From assembly GCA_002633005.1 (NCBI GenBank), contig NMRA01000319.1:449513-513512 (forward strand): a stretch of DNA of 64,000 bases, in the 5' to 3' direction. Below are positions 22,827 through 33,500 of this stretch, piece by piece (position 1 is the first letter of the stretch; each line of letters starts with the position of its first letter). A program made the position numbers and the translations under genes. The stretch is from Phoronis australis (taxonomy: Eukaryota > Animalia > Phoronida). The notes under the pieces were generated by a model. That model was given only the letters and a program-made list of their open reading frames with translations. It was not told the origin of the DNA and did no database searches.

Positions 22827-25664
22827 CGAACCTTCCTCTTACACGGTCTGTTAAAGAGGAGACTTAAGATGGGTTAGGTGATGTTGGAGCTGCTAACTAT
22901 GCCCAACGCTGTTGTTGGAACTGAGACGTACAAGCAACCGTTGGCGGCAGTTAGGAGGAGGAAGGTGGCGCAGCCAAGATGGTGTAACCATCCATACATG
23001 TCCTCTTGGTTTGTACAGTTATGTTGTTGTATATTGTATATTGTATAATGTATTGTCTCAGCTGCCAGTCATGGACAGTTCGATTGCTGTGACTGTAATG
23101 CTTGACTGAAGTGGCCACAGATTGTTCCATGCTACTGTATTGCAATTTGTGGCCAAAGGATTTGAGAAATTTTTGTTTGGATTTAGTGCTGTGTGAAGAA
23201 CGACCTCTCCGTGGAAGGACCGTGAAGGGGCTGTTCATTACTATGTGTTCCAATACCCAAAGCCAGTGTCTTCTCACTTAACAAGCATGAGATTTGCTTA
23301 AACTGTTGAGAGATTAATGATACGTAGACTTCCAAACTGTGTCAAAGATTGTGTTCTTCCTCATGATTATTGTGCAATTCCAAGTGTTTAAAAAAAGCCT
23401 ATAGTCTTCTACAGCATATCAGTTTAGAAAAGTCACCAAGACTCAGTATGAATGCAATGTTGGGTGTCCATCTTGGTTGTCTTTTGAACGGTGTCGAGCT
23501 TAGGGATACTGGATAGCTTCAAGCTCGAGTGTTTGCCTCGAGAGAAATATACCTCACGCCACCGTTACCCGCTCACAGCCAAGGCCAAATGCTCACTGAC
23601 TTGTAAACTATGTTTGTAGTAAACAGCATTATAGTACACACGGTGCTTAATGGGCCGGTGAGAGATATTTGGTTCTGGTGTTGCGACATTTTGTTTTCAT
23701 TTGCTACTGAAAGTAATCGTCTAAGGACATTGCTCCATTTTGCCACAGACATGAGCTGTGAGTTGAGTGCATTTGGGTGTAAGGTGCATAGTTCTCCGTC
23801 TGCAGTTACCCTTTGGGAGTTATTGATAAATTTACATTTTTTCCTCACAATTGGATAATAGTACGAGTTGCAGTGCTTTCTCTTGGTGTTACATTCAATT
23901 CGTTAAACTCTGTAAACCATAGCTTAGTATGAATAATTATTATTATGATAATGACTTGAGCTTCATAAATTAACATATATTTGCATGTTCAGAATTATCG
24001 TTGTGTGCATTTCAAAATGTCTGTTGAGAAATAGGATAGTTAATGGAACTGATAGACTTTCCCCCGTTTTCTTGAAAGACGGAACAAAGTTAAATAATGT
24101 TTCTTTGTTATACTTAGAAAGGCAGATTTATGGCTTGTTCATTGGTTTTGTGCAAATTGTGGCGAGTCCATTGTGTGCTGAAGGGTTGATGTCGTCGTTC
24201 AGTGAACTGCGCTTCACTGGCAGCTGTATAAATAGTCTTGGAAATGGGTGGAAATTGTTATGAAGATATCTGAATGCTCAAACTAAAATTTGTGAACTTC
24301 AGTCTTTTCTAGTGCTGTTCTAATTTGTTGAATTTGAAAATTTGTATTATTTCAGTACGAGACCATGCCACAATGTATTGTGCGAATATTATTTTTATTG
24401 TGTTATTGGTTGTGTTCTTGTTTTTTTGCAAAGTTATCGTTGGATGTGTTTCAACCATCGATTGTGTTTCCAGTATCTTGTAAACTTTGTGGTGATGAGA
24501 TAACATGATGAGCCCTGGAAATCTCGCTGTAAACAATGTTGTTGTCAAAATAGAAACATGCACTGACTTGTGCTTCTAGGCAAGGAATGAAAAGGGGCGG
24601 GGCAATGAATGAAAAGGGGCAGGGCAAGGAAAAGTATTGATGAAACTGTAACTCTTGAGGTTGAAGTCGAAGGTTAGGTATGGATTGCAAATGGAACTTG
24701 GCTTGTCCGTCGGTTTTGAGTAGGAACTGATTCCCAAAACTATGGTGACTGGTCACAAGATAGAACTACTTTAGGTCTGTGCTAAATTTGTTGAGTGTCT
24801 GTATGGTTTGCCTCTGTCATCTAATGTAAAGAAGTACTTCCATCTGCCACCAGGGGGAATGTCATCTCTTGTGACTGGTTTTCATTGTTTTGTGCGTGTC
24901 TCTTCTCATCAAGGATTGGAAACAACGCTTTGATGTTATGTTGTTTTAATTGAAATTGTTTGTCAAGCGCCGTCTATAAGGTTAGATTGTGTATTGTGGA
25001 ATGAGTTGTGTTGTGCAATTATAGGAGTGAAGTCTTGTCTTGATGCTGCAACTAGTGAGTGACAGTTGGACTTTTGTCTTCATTATACATTAGTTCAGAG
25101 TAATAACTGTGTTCTGGTCTTTCTTGCGTGTTATATGCGACCATAATTTCTCACTATACTGTTGGTGATCAGAACACAAAGAGTGAGTAGAGTAGCCTGG
25201 GCTGTGGTCTGTGGAACCAAGATCCTAGCAAGACCATGCAACATCACGCGAGTGTGTCACCAGTATGCATGGAACCTTACTAGTGTGCCCTAGGAAAATG
25301 GCTTCCGTTGAAGTGATTGGTCGGTGAGGTTGGGATGTTGAAATGTGGGATAGAAGTTGTGAAGTTTTCTGGCCACGCGTGTCTGGGTTCTATGGTCTGC
25401 AGCCTGGCTGCACCTGTTGAGTGTTGTCAACAAGTCTATTTTGCTGTAACTGGTGTTAGGAGGAATAGGAAGACTTAGTACCTAGTTATTTCCCCTGATT
25501 TTTATTTCTTCCGTTGCTATGATAGTTACAGTAGCATTTTCAATTTTTGTCCTTTGTCAGACACCATTATGGTGATAGACCTCTAGTAAATATGCCAAGC
25601 CAATGTGCAGTGCATGGAAAGTCATTGTTTTGGCTCCTGTTTTTCTGGTTCCCTAACATTTTTA

Positions 25665-25712
25665 AGTCTGGTCTGCACGCCACCTATTGGCCACATCACG
25701 TGACCAAATGTA
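25665..25712. mobile_element. Repeat family C, left-end fragment
   Basis: AGTCTGGTCTGCACGCCACCTATTGGCCACATCACGTGACC. Confidence 0.65.
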
Positions 25713-26813
25713 GATATACATATATATTTACTTTGTTTTGGTTCTTTAATATTACAAGTTGGCATTCCTAGTCATATACCAAATGGAGTCATCGAGAGAT
25801 TTCCCTATGCTAACTTGATTTATTGGAGTGTGAATTGAGAGATTTCGGCTTGACCAGTGTGGGGGCTTTAAACAGGATGTCAATAGGGAAGGTAAGTGTG
25901 ATGTCACCGCACGGAGGTGGTCCGGAAGATTCCGCTGTTTTTGAGGCCAAACGCGTGTGAATGTTATTGAAGTAATCATTTGTTCCTTCAGCTTTGTGTG
26001 TTAGTGACATTTCTTCAACTCTGTTGCTAACAGTTCCTTGTCCACATCGTCGAGACATGCAAATTATTCTTCAGAGTGGAAACCCTCTTTAGGGCTATAC
26101 ATGTACCAGTGCAGTGAGTTAGTCAATAAATGAACCAATAGATGTTTTACCGTTACAACTTGTGAGTAAGTTGGTATCCTTGCTGAAGAATGTGTTGTTA
26201 TTGTTTTAAAAGTTTTGTTCAGACTATCATCGATACATAGTGTGATATTAATTCCGTTCTTATTTCTATTTATTTGAGAACTGATTGGAAAGCTAAATCA
26301 ACTCGTTAAGATTTATTTTCCTGATTTTTGAATGCCTGAATGTAACATTTTTTTGCTTCTGTTATGCACACATGAACTGAACCAGGGGAAAGTGGTGAAA
26401 TAGAATCATTATGGGTTATTGTTTAGTAAATGTGATGGTCGTTTTCAGTGACATGTTGGTTGTCGCTATCATGATGGATAGCACTATGTTGTATATCTAA
26501 ATGAAATCCTGTCACAATGTATTTGCATTTTGCAGTAGTGCTACATGAACTGCATGCCACGGTGGAATTTTTCGCTGACTTGGTTGGTCAGGATTGTGAG
26601 AACAAATCGACATTTCTTCTAATTATTAAAATGGTTTCTTCACTATTTTTGTGGTTAACTTCAGCATGTCACTATGATAACACATCCAATTGCAAATGTT
26701 GTAACATTGTAAATGTATAGCATTTAACCAGTGATATTTCCTGTAACATATTTATAACATTTGTTTAGAGAAAGTGTAATGCCATTTACTAGCTTGCATA
26801 TTGCTCATTTTCT

Positions 26814-26819
26814 AATAAA
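26814..26819 (+). terminator. Candidate srGAP polyadenylation signal (AATAAA)
   Basis: AATAAA followed about 30 nt later by a T/GT-rich tract, where + strand T/G skew ends; an alternative AATAAA is at 26125-26130. Confidence 0.4.
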
Positions 26820-27011
26820 ATGGTAAATGGATGTTAAAGTAGTCTCAATGTTTTCTTTTTCTGTGTCAGAGATCAATGTCAGAACATAGCATGCAGCTGA
26901 TTGATTCTTGAAATATTGGCTACCATTCTTTTTCCGAATCAGCTCTGCAAAAGTACTGTATTAAGTCCTTGGACTTGTTTCACTAATGGGTCATAATCGC
27001 AAATATTTTTA

Positions 27012-27120
27012 AGTCTGGTCTGCATGCCACCTGTTGGCCACATCATATGACCCAATGAATAGAAGTATGAAAAGACCGCTACCCTGAACGGCACTCGAAC
27101 TCTGTGGACCCTCTGCTAAC
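27012..27120. mobile_element. Repeat family C, left end plus tRNA-like part
   Basis: AGTCTGGTCTGCATGCCACCTGTTGGCCACATCA...GAAAAGAC...GCACTCGAACTC. Confidence 0.65.
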
Positions 27121-27615
27121 GAGTTCCGTAGGGGCATAGGTCTTTTTAGACTTATATTTAAACATGTTTGCAATTTTCAACACACATCTATGATTTACAT
27201 ATTCATGTAAAAACTCAATTTTTTAACTTGTACTGTGCTTTAAGTGTAATTCATACTTGGTACCGAAAATGTGACGAGTTTTTAGTGAAACTGGTCGTGA
27301 AAATTATTAACAGAATCGTTCCTCAGAATGCTCAAACCACACTTCTGTTCACAAAACCGATGTTATTGTTTCGAAGGTTTATTTTTGCATAAATTGAGAA
27401 ATTTGATGTGCTTTTAAAAGGTCGATTTCAGTCGGAAAGGTAAATATTTCAGACTTCGAAGATTTGATTTTGGCCTTCATAAAGTAGACGTATGGTTTCA
27501 AAAGTTCATCCTCAGTGTTGAGAGACTAAATTGATCAAGCGTTCATGTGAATTTCAATTCCCAATCACTCATTCTGATATATAAACAACAACCATTTTAA
27601 GAAGAAATGTTCCTG

Positions 27616-27621
27616 TTTATT
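27616..27621 (-). terminator. Candidate DD3-3 polyadenylation signal
   Basis: TTTATT on + strand (AATAAA on -) near the skew switch; other candidates at 27378 and 27817. Confidence 0.3.
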
Positions 27622-28649
27622 AATGAGAAGAAAGTAAAATAAAATGCTCTGGTCACATGTACATATTCTTCAAATTTTATCACTACTTGCCAGCTTAAAA
27701 TTCAGCAGTTTCAAAAATTTAAAAAAAATGAAGCATTATTACTCTACAAAATGAACTCGAATTTCATTACTGAGCTGTTGGAGAAAAGCTTCTAATAAAA
27801 CATGGCTGCCAGAAATTTTATTTCTTCTCAAATGATGCTGGAAGAACAGTCTACAATTAAAATCATGCAGTGAAGTTTGATAAAGAAAAGTTGACCAACA
27901 TGACAACACTAGAACAACAGCGCAAGTTTCACCAGGGATTACAAGACATTAAATGTGCAAAGTATAATTATACATATTAAAGTTGTCTTCAAAATGAACA
28001 AGTCTGGTATTCAACTCTACTAACTCTTGTTCCAGCCAAGAGTTTGATGAACACAAGGGCACCTAACTATTCCTAACTGGCTGATGAATCTGTAAATGTG
28101 TATGGTACAATCAAAAAGTTTAGGTAAAAACTTGGTGAAATGATCGCAATAAAGCGTCGACATGGTTTCAATCTACAGTGTAAACAGGACTGAAAATTAA
28201 GGGAAAATTTTTGAAATTTCAATTTAATGTGATAAAATTATAGAGCAAAAAGACACAGAAAATCATGTATAGTTATCTGATTCAGAGTCTAATATTAAAC
28301 GTAAAGCTGGCTGGATCGGTGATTGAGTCATACTTCTAGTTGTGATCAAACTGACCGATATAGTGTTTACAACTTTCACTCAGCCTCCATCTTGTAAAGT
28401 GCCGTTAACATTCAAAATCTCTTAATGGTAATAAAAATAAAACATGAATAACACGCTTACGTGATATCAAAAACTCTCATCATATGAAACAGCAGGTGTG
28501 CCTCTCATAGAGACGAGAATCTTGAAAACGAAAGAGCACGCAAGACTGCCGTTTGTCTATCTATTTGTTATCTATTTTGTATTATGCTTTCGTGAAATTT
28601 CCAATAAAAGTAGTTCAAAACGGTAAATACAAACAAAATCACCTTGAGG

Positions 28650-28930
28650 GTGTTAAGGTGCAAGTTGTCGCTCTACGCATGACAACGAACAACTAATGCA
28701 AATATGGGCCGCATAAGAAGACTGACAACCACAGTTGATACTTTCGCGCTGCCACAGGTTTGCAGCCACACGGCGACTAGAAGGGGTGCAAGTTACCCTA
28801 GAACTCATTACCAAACCTCGATAAGGTGGAGTAAGTTGTCAGAGGAGTGAGTGGGGTAAAGAAACATCCACATAGCCTCCAAACCTAGCGACAACTCGTT
28901 CCAGGAGAAACTTGTTCTAGGTGCTAGGAC
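28650..28930. mobile_element. Repeat family A, copy 2 (in putative DD3-3 3' UTR)
   Basis: Diverged match to copies at 3514 and 55504. Confidence 0.6.
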
Positions 28931-29932
28931 AGCACTTTGTATACACAATGTATAGACGTCAGCGAGGCAAAAATATGACAAAGCAAAATCCAGTTTTTCG
29001 TAAATATTTGAAGTGCCAGAGATTATTGCAAACTTAAAACTGATTGTTCCACAAAAGACCATGTCTACGTACTCACAAAATATATCCAGAAAAGCTGTTG
29101 GTAATTTTTCATAATCTTCTCAACTAAACTCCAAGAGATAACCAGCTCGGAACGGGAAATAATAAACTTGTGCCATATTGGCAATGTATCGCTTGGTCAC
29201 TTTGGGGGAAAGAATTACCATTTTGATGTTACCTTTAGTAAAACTACAGATCTTTGGTCATCTTGGAAAGATGATTTTCAGCATCCATTGTTGTTGCTCT
29301 CGCATGTATTTACTATCCATCTATCAATACAATGTGATGTGAGGGGCCCACTGAGAAAACCCACATCTTGGGTCTGCATTCAATGCCATAGAGCAAACAT
29401 AAGGTCCATCTTGCTATTGAACATCAGGCATTCCGAGTTTCATCTGCATTCATCGCCAATGAGCAAATGCAATGTCTGTTTTACTATTGAGAACCCAATG
29501 TCATCACTGGACGTGAATACAAAACCAAGATGCGAGCACTTTGCCAGGTGGTTAATGCCACTCTGTCTTGTTGCACAGATTACACGAGATGAAAATATTG
29601 ATTTACGCAACGCAACATCTCTCCAAGATAACAAGGGTCTGTATTTTTAGTAAGAGTAACATAAAGATGGTCATTCCCCTTTAAAAAACAAGAAGGTACA
29701 AGACAAATGCCACCACAGTATAGGAAATGTAGAATCAAATAATTCTTAAAAAATTCATAGCCACATTTTACAGTTCATGACCTCATGAATTTTTTCAACA
29801 TTGCATAGATTTTTCTAAATAGTTAAGAACAAAAAATAGGCTGCGTGAAAATAATGGCATGATCATTCTTGATAAAACTCCCCAGACAAACAACCTAACT
29901 TGTTAACTGTTCACTTCATAAATGATCTCCAA

Positions 29933-30010
29933 GCCACCTGTTGGCCACATCATGTGACCAAATAAATGTGACCTAGTGATATGGCCAACAGGTGGCGTGC
30001 AGACCAGACT
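29933..30010. mobile_element. Repeat family C, internally deleted palindromic copy
   Basis: GCCACCTGTTGGCCACATCA...TGATATGGCCAACAGGTGGCGTGCAGACCAGACT. Confidence 0.7.
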
Positions 30011-30320
30011 ATAACAAAACAACATTTGGTAATGTTTTCATAGTTTACAGCAAGGTAATCAGCCTGTGAGAAATGGAAAAATAAAAATTTTAATTATTTT
30101 TGAGCGAGAATAGTGAAGAATTATCACAGCTTGAAGTGTATCAAAAATATTTGCGCAGATTTGTGACATCAAAATATTGGAATGGCTGCTCTCGAATAAT
30201 ACCAAGTCTAAATATTATCAAAATATGTTCTGTGCTAACTCAACAAGGTTCCATCATTAATTATCTATTCAACTAACAACTAAGTGTTATTAAGTGTCTC
30301 ACAGGTACGTTTAGGGTCCT

Positions 30321-30513
30321 TCACCGCACCGTAATGGAAGCCTTTTGAGACCGGTTGGTAAAGTTGTTATTGCGTGTGCACATGTAATGGTAGGTGCCCT
30401 TGGTAAACTGCAATACTACTCCCTCGTAGGATGCGGGTGCATTGTCGAGTAATTTATTCAATTTCCCTTTTGACTGGACACTTTGACCACCACAAGTTGC
30501 AGTTTTAATACAC
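30321..30513 (-). CDS. DD3-3: DD3-3 terminal coding exon
   Basis: ctag|G TGT ATT...CGG TGA; LLDNAPASY...[25 protein letters not shown]. Confidence 0.92.
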
Positions 30514-33500
30514 CTAGAAATAAAGAAACAAAAACATTTTAAAGAGAATACACGAAAAGCTGACTGAAAACGCCAAACTGTTCTCAGTGAAAAATTAGCA
30601 AATTTTGGCATCTTCTTTTCTGATTAATTGCCACTTATAAATCTTTTGACTAAACATAATTGCCAAGGCACATACTCCATTAGCCAATTTCATGAAAAGT
30701 GACTAAAGAAATACTGAAGTCACCACTTTGGTCTTATGCTCTACATAACTGTGACTAAAAAAATACTGAAGTCACCACTTTGGTCTTATGCTCAACATAA
30801 CTGTGACTAAAGAAATACTGAAGTCACCACTTTGGTCTTATGCTCTACATAACTGTGACTAAAGAAATACTGAAGTCATCACTTTGGTCTTATGCTCTAC
30901 ATAACTGTGACTAAAGAAATACTGAAGTCACCACTTTGGTCTTATGCTCAACATAACTGTGACTAAAGAAATACTGAAGTCANGGGGGGGGAAGGCAACT
31001 GAAATAAAAATTTATGGGTGGTTGCGTTTGACTTAAATTCAAAATGGCTGGTGGTCGTACTTCAAAAAAATTTAAATTTACAGGTCGTTGTTGTTTCATT
31101 GGGCCATAAATGTTTGATGGTGGGTAATTTTAGTAAATTTTATAAACAATCTGCACAGAATCAAAAACTGAAACAAAAATGCAACTTGCAAAGAGCTCCG
31201 ACTTTTTCACTCCCTCCGATCTCCTCATCGGCATGCCCATAACACCATTTAACCACAGGTGCTAGAATTTCTTGATGGCTAATATAAATAACCATATATA
31301 AGAAACATGTTTTCTTAGTAATGAATGACGTTAGTGGTGATGGAGGAACAGATAAACTCAAGCGCCTGTGCAGTCAACCACAAGAACAAAAAAAAAATTA
31401 CCGGTGGTTGCATTTCAAACTTATAAAAAATTACGGGTGGTAGGCTGAAGAAATAAATGAAAAATATGGGTGGTGGGTGCGAAAAAAGGTGCCTTCCCCC
31501 CCCTCCCATACAGATTTTACTGGAACAGCCCTCAGTGAAAAATTAGCAAATTTTGGCATCTTCTTTTCTGATTAATTGCCACTTATAAATCTTTTGACTA
31601 AACATAATTGCCAAGGCACATACTCCATTAGCCAATTTCATGAAAAGTGACTAAAGAAATACTGAAGTCATCACTTTGGTCTTATGCTCTACATAACTGT
31701 GACTAAAGAAATACTGAAGTCACCACTTTGGTCTTATGCTCAACATAACTGTGACAAAAGAAATACTGAAGTAACCACTTTGGTCTTATGCTCAACATAA
31801 CTGTTTCTGAAAACAATTAAAACTCACTTGCAGAAAAATTGCAAAGACTAATATGCTAACATTGCAGTGTATTGATATAAACAGTAGATGGCGCTATACT
31901 CAACATTATAAACATACCCATGACTGCCAGTTACTGAGAAAGTTTCAAGAACTTATTTTAAGGCTCATGATGACCTCATAGTTTCTTTGCTAAACTTTTT
32001 ATCAGAAATTGTGAAGAGGGAGCACAGAAGTCTGCCTTAATTCTTCTGTCACTTTTTATGAAACAGGAAAAAGAATTTTAATTTATTACGTTTTGAATGT
32101 TTAGAAAATAATGCGGAATCAGTAAGTATGGCATAACTATTCTTAAACTGGCATGAAAATGTAGATCGCATCACCTATTGGCCACATCACATGACCTATT
32201 GAATACACGTCTGAAAAGACTTCTGCCCAACCGCCGGGACTCGAACTCGGGGCCTTCTGCACAGTTAGCGATGTATTCTTCCACTACACAAAAATGAAAA
32301 CAATGCACATATTCGTCCATGCTAATGTCCCTCTGTCAGGTGAGGTATATCAGTTCAGCCGAACTTACGGATAATTTCGAATATTTCCCCCAGAATAAAT
32401 AGAGGTCACATAACACCAAAAAAAACTTTTGAAGGGCGGCGACGAAACTTCATTGTGAAAAATCTAACTGCATTTAGTACAGAATTTAAGTACACAGATT
32501 GGCAACTACTGTCAGGAGGTAAGATACTCCAGCTCATTTTGGATCAAGATGCGATGGGGTCAAACAGCTTGAGGGAAAATTTACAAATAGCTGCAGCTGA
32601 CACAGCACGTAAATATTAAATTAGTAGAAATAAAAAAGTTATACACATTACCTGTAATACCCAGAAGATGCCATGTTTACTGCAAGGTTTTTGTTCGAGT
32701 AATCCTTTCCGTGGTAAATCCAAACGATTTTGGCATTATCCCACATGGAAGTGTTTTCATAGGGGGATGGGTAGTTCTGGTTGGCACTGTTGATCTGTAC
32801 CATGTTGTTACGATCAGTGCCTGCAAAGCAAATATTTTATCATGAGCACAGCTAGAGGGGAAACATTGACAAATTTTGGGACAGGGTGTATTCAAAAACG
32901 GCATATTTAAAAATAATAGAGTTTGGTTTATTACAACGCAAAAGTCCACGTTAGATAACAATAATCCACTTTAAGAACGCAGCAACCTCTGGGCGTTTTC
33001 AGTGTTTTCTTATTATGCCCATTCCTTATTATTACAAATTCATAGTCCTGAACCTGTGGTACCAACCTCAAAACCTGCTAGGGCACCATACACCACAAGC
33101 CATCAACTTAAAAATTTCACCAAACCCATGAAAATCAGATTCTGTTTTCATGTCTCAGTCACGGTTCACATTTCTCTAACAGATTTTTTGTAATCCTGAC
33201 AGTGTAGGCATAGCTACAAGGATCCTCAGCTCCCCCAAAAGAGGTGTCGCCATCTTGTTGGGGTTCCAATATCCAGGTAATTGTCCCAATCCCCCATCAC
33301 TGAGAGTCCTCACTTTGCCAATAACACCATTTGCCCACCCAGGGACGTAGTAATCCCACAGAAACCCATGTAGTCCATGATAACCATCCAACTACCCCCC
33401 AGTGAGCCCTCGTGCCCATGATGATCCTACTACCCCATGAGGATCCTACTACCCCATGAGGATCCTACTACCCCATGAGGATCCTACTACCCCATGAGAA

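Noticed and set aside
29168-29650. 160-aa + strand ORF
   Set aside because: Non-ATG start, no domain signal, lies antisense in the predicted DD3-3 3' UTR
30699-31803. Regular repeats as a possible CRISPR array
   Set aside because: Units are head-to-tail 52-mers with no unique spacers, in a spliceosomal intron, with no cas genes
32225-32290. Functional tRNA gene
   Set aside because: A/B boxes are present but acceptor and anticodon stems do not pair, and it is embedded in a multi-copy repeat
33176-33391. Gly/Trp-rich minus-strand ORF as an extra DD3-3 exon
   Set aside because: Exons 11 and 12 already join in phase; the region grades into the 19-bp minisatellite and lacks clear splice sites
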